From Planctomycetota bacterium (lineage in GTDB: Bacteria; Planctomycetota; MHYJ01; JACPRB01): 64,000 nt of DNA. The notes under the pieces were generated by a model. The model was not told the DNA's origin. It did no database searches and worked only from the letters and a program-made list of their open reading frames with translations. Of this stretch, positions 9,687 to 18,200 are shown piece after piece. The stretch lies in contig JACPRC010000202.1 of the NCBI GenBank assembly GCA_016190175.1, positions 11,750 to 75,749 on the forward strand. The letters are read 5' to 3'. Position numbers and translations under genes: made by a program. Numbering within the stretch: the first letter of the stretch is position 1; each line of letters starts with the position of its first letter.

Positions 9687-11126
9687 CTACGCTCCCTCCG
9701 GCCGCGCCACCCGGACGAGTTCGTCCGCAAACTCCTCGGCGGTCGCGTGCCGCTTCCGCGGGTCCTTCTCGAGTGCGCGCAGCACCAGGCGGTCGAACTC
9801 CGCCGGCAGCCCCGGCTGCCGCGAAGAGGGTCTCGGCGCCGGCGCGTTCACGATCTTCTGGTAGACCTCCATCGCCGTGGAGCCCGTGAACGGCACCTCT
9901 CCCGTCGCGACCTCGAACGCCATCACGCCCAGCGCGTAGATGTCGGAGCGCGGGCCGACCGTGGACGTGTTGCCCTCGACCTGTTCCGGGGACATGTAGA
10001 ACGGAGTGCCCAGAAAGGACCCCGTGCGCGTCAGCATGGTCGCGCCGCCCATCGTCTTCGCGAGTCCGAAGTCGAGGACGAATGCCCGCCCCGTGCGGTC
10101 GATCATGACGTTCCCCGGCTTCACGTCGCGGTGGACGATCGAGGCCTGGTGCGCGAAGTGGAGGGCGCGGGCCACCTGGCCCAGGATCCGCGCACCCTCG
10201 CGGAGACCGATCCGGTTCTGCCCGAGGAGCGCGTCCAGGCGCTCCCCCTCGATCCAGTCCATCGCGATGTAATGAAGTCCGCGCTCCACGCCGACGTCGT
10301 GGACGGCGACGATGTTCCCGTGCCGCAGCGAGGCGGCCGTCCGCGCCTCGCGGTAGAACCGCTTCACGCCGGTCTCGTCGGCCCCTTCCCCGCGGAGGAC
10401 CTTCACCGCCACGATCCGCCGGAGATCGCGATGGCGCGCCTTGAACACGACGCCCATCCCGCCGCGGCCGATCTCCTCGAGGATCTCGTACCGCCCGAGA
10501 ACCTCGCCCGGCTCGACCTGCGGAGCGGGGCCCGCCCCGAACGGCGTGACCGCCGGCTGCCCCTCCGCGCGCACGGTCGCCTCGATCTGCGTCGTGGTCA
10601 CGCCGAGCGGGCCGCCGCATACGGAACAACGGGGATCCTGGGGAGTCGCGCCCTCGTAACGCGTGCCGCATTTCTCGCACCGGAGGAGGGATCGTTCCTG
10701 CAGCTTCAGGATCTCGAGGAACCGCTCCGTCGACAGGTACCTCCGGCGCACGAGGATCTGTCCGATGGCGATCTTCGCCCCGCGCGCGGACGCCTCCTGC
10801 AGCTCGGCGATGCACTCGTCCAATTGGGCGGCGGTGATGTACCCGCGCGCGACCGCGAGCTGGCCGAAGAGATCGATCTTGCGCGCCGTCGTCACCCGGC
10901 CCGCCGGCCGCGACGGCGGCGGCGTCCATCCCCCCAATTCGAGGTACCGCTGCTTCTGCACCTCGATCACGCGGCTCACCTGCTCGAAGGTCATCGCCCC
11001 GCGCTCAAGGAACTGCTGCCCGAGCGGCTTGGACGATCCGGACCGCGCGCAGCCATCGATGTCCGCGGCCGTCACGAAGCCCAGCTCGACGGCGATCTCC
11101 GCGAACTGACGTTCTCTCGCGTCCAC
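9687..11126 (-). CDS. Ser/Thr protein kinase with N-terminal T2SSE_N-like repeats and a zinc ribbon
   Basis: GTG start (V42 of ORF 9687..11249) with aggacg SD. N-terminus has GFVTAADIDGC / GYITAAQLDEC helical repeats and a CEKC...CSVC zinc ribbon. Kinase motifs GRGGMGVVFKARH...VAVK, HRDVKPGNVMI, DFGLAK, TPFYMSPE. Convergent with the upstream kinase (10-bp gap). Confidence 0.7.
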   Translation of the reverse strand: MDARERQFAEIAVELGFVTAADIDGCARSGSSKPLGQQFLERGAMTFEQVSRVIEVQKQRYLELGGWTPPPSRPAGRVTTARKIDLFGQLAVARGYITAAQLDECIAELQEASARGAKIAIGQILVRRRYLSTERFLEILKLQERSLLRCEKCGTRYEGATPQDPRCSVCGGPLGVTTTQIEATVRAEGQPAVTPFGAGPAPQVEPGEVLGRYEILEEIGRGGMGVVFKARHRDLRRIVAVKVLRGEGADETGVKRFYREARTAASLRHGNIVAVHDVGVERGLHYIAMDWIEGERLDALLGQNRIGLREGARILGQVARALHFAHQASIVHRDVKPGNVMIDRTGRAFVLDFGLAKTMGGATMLTRTGSFLGTPFYMSPEQVEGNTSTVGPRSDIYALGVMAFEVATGEVPFTGSTAMEVYQKIVNAPAPRPSSRQPGLPAEFDRLVLRALEKDPRKRHATAEEFADELVRVARPEGA

Positions 11127-11230
11127 GTTGCGTCCTCGACCCGCGCATCCCGCCCTTCCTATTATAGCACGGGCCGCCGCGGCCGCATGGCTCCCGCCCC
11201 GTGGTTTCGGTCTCCCCCTCCCCCGTCCGC

Positions 11231-11263
11231 ACCAAAAGTTGACTGTCAACTTTTGGTGTGCTC
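11231..11263. promoter_or_regulatory. Near-perfect 33-bp AT-rich palindrome (candidate operator) in the divergent kinase / oxidoreductase intergenic region
   Basis: gcaccaaaagttgac-t-gtcaacttttggtgtgc. Flanked by CT-rich tracts (ctccccctctcc x2) and a TACAAT -10-like hexamer about 20 bp upstream of the korA-like ATG. Confidence 0.5.
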
Positions 11264-11320
11264 CCCCTCTCCTTGTCTCCCCCTCTCCCTTTCGGCTACA
11301 ATTCCCCCGTGCCCCTCTTC

Positions 11321-12406
11321 ATGGACGGCTGCGAGGCCGTCTCGCTCGGCGCCATCCACGCGGGCTGCACGTTCTTCGCGGGCTATCCCATCACCCCCGC
11401 CAGCAGCATCCTCCGCCGCATGATGGAGATGCTCCCCGCCGCGGGCGGCGTCGCCGTCCAGGGCGAAGACGAGATCGCCTCCATCGGCTTCTGCATCGGG
11501 GCCGCGATGACCGGCGCGAAGGCGATGACCGCGACGAGCGGGCCCGGCATGAGCCTCTACAGCGAGAACATCGGCCTCGCGATCATGGGCGAGGTGCCTC
11601 TCGTCATCGTGAACGTGCAGCGCATGGGCCCCGCGACGGGGGGCGCGACCACGACCGCCGAGGGCGACGTCCAGTTCTGCCGCTGGGTCACTTCGGGCGG
11701 CTACCCGCTCGTGGTCTATGCGGCGACGAACGTCGCGGACGCCTACCGCCTCACGATCGAAGCGTTCAACACCGCGGAGCGGCTGCGTACGCCCGTGATC
11801 CTCCTCAGTTCCAAGGACCTGGCGATGACGTGCGAGACCGCGGACACAGCCGAGTTCGTGCGGCCGGCCCGCGTCACGCGCACGAGCGGCGACGGGGTAC
11901 CGTATGCCTTCCGCGAGTCCACGGACGTCCCGGGGTTCCTCGCCGTCGGGGGCGACCGCCTCACGCGCTTCACCGGCTCGATCCACGACGGGCGCGGAGT
12001 GATCACGTCGGATCGGAAGAAGATCGATCGCAAGCTGACGCACCTCCGCGACAAGATCGAGTCGCGCGCGGACGAGCTCGCGATCGTCCGCGAGGATCTC
12101 CAGGAGGGCGCCGAAACGGTCGTGATCGCCTACGGAGCGGCCGCGCGGGCGGCGCGCGAGGCGGTCCGGGACGCGCGTCGCGATGGCAAGCGCGTGTCGC
12201 TCCTCGTCCTCTACACGCTCTGGCCCACGCCGGTCGCCGCGATCCGGCGCGCCCTCGGCGGCGCGAAGCGGGTCGTCGTCCCCGAACTCAACACGGGCCA
12301 GTACCTCTGCGAGATCGAACGCTTCGCGGCGGGCCGGGAACTCGTCCCGGTGCAGCGGATCGACGGCGGCCTCCTCACGCCCGCCGCGCTGGAGGCCGCT
12401 CTATGA
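11321..12406 (+). CDS. 2-oxoacid:ferredoxin oxidoreductase, alpha subunit
   Basis: Start MDGCEAVSLGAIHAGCTFFAGYPITPAS (M22 of the ORF). Conserved OFOR alpha N-terminal and TPP-proximal motifs. Stop overlaps the next start (ATGA). Confidence 0.7.
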   Translation: MDGCEAVSLGAIHAGCTFFAGYPITPASSILRRMMEMLPAAGGVAVQGEDEIASIGFCIGAAMTGAKAMTATSGPGMSLYSENIGLAIMGEVPLVIVNVQRMGPATGGATTTAEGDVQFCRWVTSGGYPLVVYAATNVADAYRLTIEAFNTAERLRTPVILLSSKDLAMTCETADTAEFVRPARVTRTSGDGVPYAFRESTDVPGFLAVGGDRLTRFTGSIHDGRGVITSDRKKIDRKLTHLRDKIESRADELAIVREDLQEGAETVVIAYGAAARAAREAVRDARRDGKRVSLLVLYTLWPTPVAAIRRALGGAKRVVVPELNTGQYLCEIERFAAGRELVPVQRIDGGLLTPAALEAAL

Positions 12407-13689
12407 ACCTGATCGACCCCGAAGAACTCCCCTACCCTTTCTGCCCCGGCTGCTCCCACGAGCTGATCTTCAAGTCCCTGGCGGCCGCGTTCGAGAAGAG
12501 CGGCCTCGACGCGCGGCGCGTCGTCGTCGTCAGCGACATCGGATGCCACGGCATTGCGGACCGGATGCTCCGGACGCACACGTTTCACGGTCTCCACGGG
12601 CGGTCGCTCACATACGCCGCCGGCATCAAGCTCGCGAACCCGTCGCTCAAGGTGGTCGTCCTCATCGGCGACGGCGGGTGCGGCATCGGCGGTGCGCACC
12701 TCGTGAACGCGGCGCGGCGCAACGCCGGGATCTGCGCCGTGGTCTTCAACAACTTCAACTTCGGGATGACGGGCGGGCAGCACTCGGTCACGACGCCCTG
12801 CGGCGGGCGCACCGCGACGACGCCGAAGGGGAACGCCGAGCGCGGGCTCGACCTGTGCCGCCTGGCCGACGCCTGCGGCGCGAACTTCGTGGCCCGCACG
12901 ACCGCCTTCGACCCCGCGCTCGTGGACGTCCTTGCCGACGGGATCGCCCACGACGGATTCGCGTTCCTCGACATCTGGGGGCTCTGCACGGCCTACTACA
13001 TGAAACGGAACGACCTCCGGAAGGCGGAGCTCGTCGACACGGCGAAGAACATGCCCGGATACGGCGTCCTGCGCCGCGAGTCGCAGCCCGAATGGGCCGC
13101 GTCGCAACCGAAAGGATCGGCGCCGGAGCCGCGACTCGACGCGAACGAGATCCCCGTGCTCTTCCGGGCGGAGCTGAAGGAACCGCTGCGGGTCGTCCTG
13201 GCGGGCAGCGCCGGGATGAAGGTGCGGACGGCGGCCTCCCTCCTCGCGAGCGCCGCGATCCTTTCCGGCCTGCGCGCCGCGCAGAAGGACACGTTCCCGG
13301 TCACCGTGACCAAGGGATTCTCCCTCTCCGAACTGATCGTCTCGCCCGAGCCGATCGAAGACCTCGAGATCGTCCTGCCGGACTGCCTCGTGATCTCTTC
13401 CGAGGACGGGCTCGACAAGACGAAAGCCCTCGTCCCGCTCGCGCGCCGGGTCGTCGCGAAGCGCGGGCTCGACGTCACACGCGATGATGCGACGCTCGTA
13501 GACCTGCCGGGCGTGCGCCCGGCCGAGCTGACGCTTGCGATGACCGCCCCGCTCCTGCGCGACGCGATCCCCGCGGAGGCGATGCGCGAGTCGGTGCTGC
13601 GGTTCGGCCACGTGGAAGAACGGGAGCGCCTTCTCGCGGCGGTCGGGAACCCGGCCGCCGCGGAGGGCGTCACAAGGAGGACAACATGA
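12403..13689 (+). CDS. 2-oxoacid:ferredoxin oxidoreductase beta (TPP-binding) subunit with a C-terminal gamma-like domain fused
   Basis: MNLIDPEELPYPFCPGCSHE...GDGGCGIGGAHLVNAARRNAGICAVVFNNFNFGMTGGQ (TPP-binding beta). C-terminal about 180 aa (LAGSAGMKVRTAASLLASAAILSGL...) resembles the OFOR gamma domain. ATGA overlap with the downstream gene. Confidence 0.65.
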   Translation: MNLIDPEELPYPFCPGCSHELIFKSLAAAFEKSGLDARRVVVVSDIGCHGIADRMLRTHTFHGLHGRSLTYAAGIKLANPSLKVVVLIGDGGCGIGGAHLVNAARRNAGICAVVFNNFNFGMTGGQHSVTTPCGGRTATTPKGNAERGLDLCRLADACGANFVARTTAFDPALVDVLADGIAHDGFAFLDIWGLCTAYYMKRNDLRKAELVDTAKNMPGYGVLRRESQPEWAASQPKGSAPEPRLDANEIPVLFRAELKEPLRVVLAGSAGMKVRTAASLLASAAILSGLRAAQKDTFPVTVTKGFSLSELIVSPEPIEDLEIVLPDCLVISSEDGLDKTKALVPLARRVVAKRGLDVTRDDATLVDLPGVRPAELTLAMTAPLLRDAIPAEAMRESVLRFGHVEERERLLAAVGNPAAAEGVTRRTT

Positions 13690-14603
13690 AATGGACGCTC
13701 GCCGCGGCCGCGACGCTCGCCGCCGCGGTGCTCTTCGTGCTCGGCGTGCGCGCGTGGCGGGCCCGCCGCCGTCCCGGATGGCGCGGCGAATTCGTCCTCG
13801 CCCTCTCGGCGGCGCTCGCGATGTTCGCCGGCGCCTCCGCAGGCGAACCGGCGAGACAGGAGGATCCCGCGGCGAAGGACCTCGAGACGCGCGTCAGGGA
13901 CGTGGAACGCGACTCCCGCTGGAAGCAGATGCGCAAGATCTTCCGCAAGCTGGCCGCGCAACTCGAGTCGAAGGATCCCGTCGCCGGCGATCCGACCGCG
14001 GAGACGAAGGAGCTCTCCGGGAAGATCACTCCCCTCGATCTGCGGGAGCCGCAGAAGGCGGACGCCCCGCTCCTCTCGCGCGAGGAGGCGCTCGGCGAGT
14101 GCCTCAAGTTCCTGGGCAGCGTCGCGTTCCACGTCCACCGCACGAAGGGCGAGGGCCGGCGCTGGACCTGCTACGACATGGCGATGCCCCGGTCGAGCGA
14201 GCACCTCCCGGCGCAGCAGGCGCTCCTCAAGAAGCAGTACGAGGAGGGCAAGGTCTCGAAGGAGGTCTACGAGCGCCTCACGAAGGTGTTCGGCGAAGTG
14301 ACGGGGATGCAATCGCTCCTGCCGTTCCTCAACGCCCGCAACACGGCGCTCGTCTTCCGCCTCATCCGCGACATGGCGGGGGCGCGGGCGATCGAGATCC
14401 CGAAGATCTCCCCCGAGGTCGAAAAGAAGATCGGCGATCTCATCGAGCAGCTCGGCGCCGACGAGATCGAGAGACGCGACGACGCGCACAAGGCGCTGAT
14501 CGAGATCGGCGAGGGAGCCATCCCGCAGCTCAAGAAGGCGCTGGAACACAAGAGCGCCGAGGTGCGGGCCCGCGCGAAGATGATCCTGGAAGAACTGGAG
14601 TGA
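13686..14603 (+). CDS. Membrane-anchored hypothetical protein with conserved Cys pair and C-terminal HEAT-like repeat (paralog 1 of a tandem pair)
   Basis: N-terminal transmembrane segment then RRRPGWRGEF. Conserved ALGECLKFLGSVAFHVHRTKGEGRRWTCYDM. C-terminal IGEGAIPQLKKALEHKSAEVRARAK (HEAT/PBS-like). About 65% identical to the next gene, with near-identical DNA stretches. Confidence 0.55.
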   Translation: MKWTLAAAATLAAAVLFVLGVRAWRARRRPGWRGEFVLALSAALAMFAGASAGEPARQEDPAAKDLETRVRDVERDSRWKQMRKIFRKLAAQLESKDPVAGDPTAETKELSGKITPLDLREPQKADAPLLSREEALGECLKFLGSVAFHVHRTKGEGRRWTCYDMAMPRSSEHLPAQQALLKKQYEEGKVSKEVYERLTKVFGEVTGMQSLLPFLNARNTALVFRLIRDMAGARAIEIPKISPEVEKKIGDLIEQLGADEIERRDDAHKALIEIGEGAIPQLKKALEHKSAEVRARAKMILEELE

Positions 14604-14607
14604 GACC

Positions 14608-15540
14608 ATGAAATCCGTGACGCTGACGATCGTCGTCGGCGCGGCCTTCGCCGCGGCGGCGCTGCTCCTCCTCTTCGGCATCCGCACGATGCGGCCGCGG
14701 CGCCGTCCCGGATGGCGCGGCGAGTTCCTCCTCGCGCCGACGGCGGCGCTCGGCTTCCTCTCGGGCGCCGGCGCGCCCGCGCGGATCGCGGCGCAGGAGG
14801 ACCCGGCGGAGAAGGACTTCGAGGCGCGCGTGAAGGAGGTCGAGAAGGACGCTCGATGGAAGAAGATGCGGAAGTTCTTCCGGGAGCTGGCCCGCGACTT
14901 CGCCGCAAAGGGGACGATCCAGCACGACCCGCAGGTCGCCGCCGAGGAGGCGACGTCCGGCATCAAGGTCGAAGCGATCAAGGAACAGCAGAAGGAGGAC
15001 GCGAAGCTCCTCGACAAGGAAGCCGCGCTCGGCGAGTGCGCGAAGTTCATCGGGGCCGCGGCCTATCACCTCTGGCGCACGAAGGGCGCCGGACGCGAGT
15101 GGACCTGCTACAAGATGGCGCTGCCCGAAAGGAACCCGCACGTCCCCGAGCAGCGGGCGCTCCTGAAGAAGCAGTACGAAGAGGGGAAGATCTCGCAGGA
15201 GGTCTACGAGCGCCTCACGCGGGTGCTGGACGAGATGGACCAGTTGCAGCGCGTGATGGCGATGCTGAACGCCCGCAACACCGCGCTCGTCTTCCGCCTG
15301 ATCCGCGACATGGCCGGCTCGCGCGCGGTCGACATCCCGAGAATCTCCCCCGAGGTCGAGAAGAAGATCGGCGAACTCATCGAGCAGCTCGGGGCGGAGG
15401 AGATCGAGAAGCGGGACGAGGCGCAGCACGCGATCCTCCAGATCGGCGAAGGCGCGATCCCGCAGCTCAAGAAGGCGCTGGAGCACAAGAGCGCCGAGGT
15501 GCGCGCGCGCGCGAAGCTGATCCTCGACGAGCTGGAGTAG
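14608..15540 (+). CDS. Membrane-anchored hypothetical protein, paralog 2 of the tandem pair
   Basis: Same architecture: RRRPGWRGEF, ALGECAKFIGAAAYHLWRTKGAGREWTCYKM, and a C-terminal IGEGAIPQLKKALEHKSAEVRARAKLILDELE identical to paralog 1. Starts 5 nt after the paralog 1 stop. Confidence 0.55.
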   Translation: MKSVTLTIVVGAAFAAAALLLLFGIRTMRPRRRPGWRGEFLLAPTAALGFLSGAGAPARIAAQEDPAEKDFEARVKEVEKDARWKKMRKFFRELARDFAAKGTIQHDPQVAAEEATSGIKVEAIKEQQKEDAKLLDKEAALGECAKFIGAAAYHLWRTKGAGREWTCYKMALPERNPHVPEQRALLKKQYEEGKISQEVYERLTRVLDEMDQLQRVMAMLNARNTALVFRLIRDMAGSRAVDIPRISPEVEKKIGELIEQLGAEEIEKRDEAQHAILQIGEGAIPQLKKALEHKSAEVRARAKLILDELE

Positions 15541-15542
15541 CC

Positions 15543-16652
15543 GTGACCGTCGTAGATCGCATCAAGCGGTGGCTCATCCCCGAGCGCCGCGAATCCCTCA
15601 TCGTCGAGGTCACGCCGCGCTGCAACCTCGAGTGCCTCTACTGCTACAACGTGTGGAAGGGGTCGCACCCGTATCCGAAGGGCGAGCTCGACACCGCGGC
15701 CATCTGCCGCCTCCTCGACAAGGTGATCCGCGAGACGCGCTGCCGCCACGTCACGCTCACCGGCGGGGAGCCGCTTATGCGCAAGGACCTCGCCGAGATC
15801 GTCCGCTTCGTGCGCGGGCGCGGCCCCGAGGTCAACGTCATCTCGAACGGCACGATGCTCACCGAGGCGCGCGCCGCGGAGCTCGTCGACGCGGGAGTCT
15901 CGCTCTTCGAACTGCCGATCCTGAGCGGCGACCGCGAGGTGCACGACGGGCTTGTCCTGCGGAAGGGCTCGTTCGATCGCGTGGTGGAAGCGATCTCGTG
16001 GATCAAGGTCCAGCGCGGCCGCGTGGTGTGCGTCTTCGTAGGGACGCGACGCAATCTCCCCGGTCTTGCGGGCGCGATCGAGCTCTCGATCGCCCTCGGC
16101 GCGGACGGCGTGATGCTCAACCGGTTCAACCCGGGAGGCGAGGGCGCGCGGCACCTGGAGGAGTTGCTCCCCGGCCGGGACGAACTGCGCACGGCGCTGG
16201 CGGAGGCGGACCGGCTCGTCGCTCGGTACGGCGTCCCGATCGCCTGCTCGATCCCGATCCAGCCGTGTCTCGTCGACCTCGCCGAGTTTCCGCATCTCGG
16301 GTTCGGCTTCTGCGCGGCGGGGACGGAGCGGGCGTACTACACGATCGATCCGCTCGGCAACCTGCGCGCGTGCAACCACACGCCGACGATCCTGGGGAAC
16401 CTCTTCGACGCGCCGTTCGACCGGCTCGCCCGCAGCCCCGGCGTGAGCGCGCTCGCGGACGGAGGTCCCGAGTCCTGCGCGGGCTGTTCGATGCGCCGCG
16501 TCTGCCGCGGCGGCTGTCCCGCGGCGGCGGAGGCGTGCGCGGGAAGCGCGACGTGCGCGGAGCCGTTCCTCGGGCGGCACGCGGGCGTACCGCGTCCCGC
16601 GCCGGAGGAACTGGCGCGGCGGACGGCGGGGGCGCGGCGCGGGGCGGATTGA
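15543..16652 (+). CDS. Radical SAM enzyme with C-terminal SPASM domain (peptide/protein-modifying maturase family)
   Basis: GTG start 3 nt after the upstream stop. Cx3Cx2C radical SAM cluster CNLECLYC. C-terminal Cys-rich SPASM-type motif CAGCSMRRVCRGGCP plus further Cys residues. Confidence 0.75.
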   Translation: MTVVDRIKRWLIPERRESLIVEVTPRCNLECLYCYNVWKGSHPYPKGELDTAAICRLLDKVIRETRCRHVTLTGGEPLMRKDLAEIVRFVRGRGPEVNVISNGTMLTEARAAELVDAGVSLFELPILSGDREVHDGLVLRKGSFDRVVEAISWIKVQRGRVVCVFVGTRRNLPGLAGAIELSIALGADGVMLNRFNPGGEGARHLEELLPGRDELRTALAEADRLVARYGVPIACSIPIQPCLVDLAEFPHLGFGFCAAGTERAYYTIDPLGNLRACNHTPTILGNLFDAPFDRLARSPGVSALADGGPESCAGCSMRRVCRGGCPAAAEACAGSATCAEPFLGRHAGVPRPAPEELARRTAGARRGAD

Positions 16653-16692
16653 GCTCCTTGTCGGCGCCCTGAGGTCGGTGTATCATCGTGCC

Positions 16693-16899
16693 ATGGAGTT
16701 CACGGTAGTCGTCACCCGCGAGGAAGGCGTGTACAACGTCTCGGTCCCGTCCCTCCCGGGCTGCCATACCTGGGGCAAGACGAAGCAGGCCGCGCTCAAG
16801 AACGCGAAGGAAGCGATCGAGTTGTACATCGAGTCCCTGACGGCCGCCGGCGAACCGATCCCCGCGGAGGAGAGTCTGCACAGGGTCCGCGTCGAGTGA
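16693..16899 (+). CDS. hicB: Type II toxin-antitoxin system HicB-family antitoxin
   Basis: MEFTVVVTREEGVYNVSVPSLPGCHTWGKTKQAALKNAKEAIELYIE: UPF0150/HicB fold signature. Alternative GTG start at 16678. Confidence 0.65.
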   Translation: MEFTVVVTREEGVYNVSVPSLPGCHTWGKTKQAALKNAKEAIELYIESLTAAGEPIPAEESLHRVRVE

Positions 16900-17114
16900 G
16901 GCCGAAGCCGTCTCGTCCGGCGGAGGTGGAGCACGTGGCTCGACGGCTCGGCTTCGTCTTCGAGCGATCCAAGGGTTCGCACAGGCTGTACCGCCATCCG
17001 GAGGGCCGGCGAGTCGTCATCGCGTTTCATCCCGGGACCATCCCCGTTCCGACGCTGAAGCGGATCATCGCCGACTTGGGGATCTCCGTCGAGGAGTTCA
17101 ATCGGACGGTGTGA
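16896..17114 (+). CDS. hicA: Type II toxin-antitoxin system HicA-family mRNA interferase toxin
   Basis: GTG start overlapping the hicB stop (GTGA). Sequence RSKGSHRLYRHPEGRRVVIAFH matches the HicA KGSH motif. Confidence 0.7.
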   Translation: MRPKPSRPAEVEHVARRLGFVFERSKGSHRLYRHPEGRRVVIAFHPGTIPVPTLKRIIADLGISVEEFNRTV

Positions 17115-17168
17115 GGGTCTCCCCATCGATTCCGTTCGCAGTCCCCGCTCCCCGATCTACCAAGGAGC

Positions 17169-18200
17169 GTGGAGCAGCGAACGCCGGTCGGCCGCGCGCG
17201 CGTCGCCGCGCAGCTCGCGCTGTACGTCGCCCTGGCCGCGCACGTCGGCGCCTGGTATCTCGGCGGCCGCCGCGAGGTCGGCACCGTCTCGGCCGCGAGC
17301 GTCTTCTATCTCCTCCAGGTCGGCCTCGTCAACGCGGGGGCGCTCCTCGTGGGCGCCGCCCTCCTCACCACGCCGCTCCTGGGCAACGCCTTCTGCGGAT
17401 GGGCGTGCCACTTCGGCGCGCTCCAGGACTTCGCCGGGTGGGCGCTGCGCAAGGTCGGCCTCCGGCCGCTCGGCTGGCACGTTCCGGCGCGCATCCGCGC
17501 GCTCCTCTTCGCGAAGCTCTTCGTCCTCAACACCGTCGCGGCGTGGTTCGCGCTCGGGAAGCTGCCGCGCCTCTTCGTGAACTGCGGCGCACCCGAGCCG
17601 CTGTTCGCGCTGGGGACCTGGCTCACCGTGGCGCTCGACGTGGGCGTCCTGGCGATCCTGTCCGTCTGGCTCTTCGGCCCGCGCGCGTTCTGCCGCGCCG
17701 CCTGCCCGGTGATCCTCGTCGCGCGGCTCGGCAATCTCGCGGCGCCGCTGCGCATGAAGCTCCGCGGGAATTGCATCGATTGCGGCGCCTGCGACCGCGC
17801 CTGCCCGATGGGGAACCCGGTCTCGCGGATGCTGAAGGAGGGAGGCTCCGTGGCGGCGCTCGACTGCGTCCGCTGCGGGCGATGCCTCGACGCGTGCCCG
17901 ACGGGCGCGATCGGCTTCGGCACCGCGCGCGGCGGGTCCTTCGCGGCGCCCGCACCCCGACGCGGCGGGGCCTGGGCGGCGCTCGCCGGAGGCGCGCTCG
18001 GCATCGTCCTGCACGAACTGCTGTTCCGCATGCGATCCGACGGCTCGCTCGCGGGCGCGTGGGTCGCCCACCTTCCCAACTGGGAACTCTTCTACGCGTT
18101 CCTCGGGCTCGCGCTCGGGGTCGCGATCCACCGTCTTCTTCGAGGAGGAAAACCATGCACGCTCTCGCCTTCGCGCTCGCGCTCGCCGCGGGCGGTCTGA
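17169..18200 (+). CDS. Polytopic membrane 4Fe-4S ferredoxin (NapH/MauN/NosR-like polyferredoxin)
   Basis: CGWACHFG and FCRAACP motifs typical of NapH-family N-terminal halves. Two ferredoxin motifs, CIDCGACDRACP and CVRCGRCLDACP. Several transmembrane segments. Confidence 0.6.
   Translation: MEQRTPVGRARVAAQLALYVALAAHVGAWYLGGRREVGTVSAASVFYLLQVGLVNAGALLVGAALLTTPLLGNAFCGWACHFGALQDFAGWALRKVGLRPLGWHVPARIRALLFAKLFVLNTVAAWFALGKLPRLFVNCGAPEPLFALGTWLTVALDVGVLAILSVWLFGPRAFCRAACPVILVARLGNLAAPLRMKLRGNCIDCGACDRACPMGNPVSRMLKEGGSVAALDCVRCGRCLDACPTGAIGFGTARGGSFAAPAPRRGGAWAALAGGALGIVLHELLFRMRSDGSLAGAWVAHLPNWELFYAFLGLALGVAIHRLLRGGKPCTLSPSRSRSPRAV

Noticed and set aside
8318-10929. ORFs 8318..9730 (-) and 9349..10929 (-)
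   Set aside because: Antisense or alternate frames of the TPR region and of the minus-strand kinase. Low-complexity Arg/Gly-rich translations.
9687-11249. ATG at 11249 (MTVNFWCG...) as the kinase start
   Set aside because: It would place the start inside the 33-bp palindrome and add a 41-aa Arg/Gly-rich extension. The GTG at 11126 with an AGGA SD fits better.
12183-15486. ORFs 12183..13487 (+), 12211..13611 (-), 12996..15050 (-), 13691..14611 (+), 14267..15486 (-)
   Set aside because: Alternate or antisense frames of the OFOR beta gene and the paralog pair. No motifs and compositionally biased.
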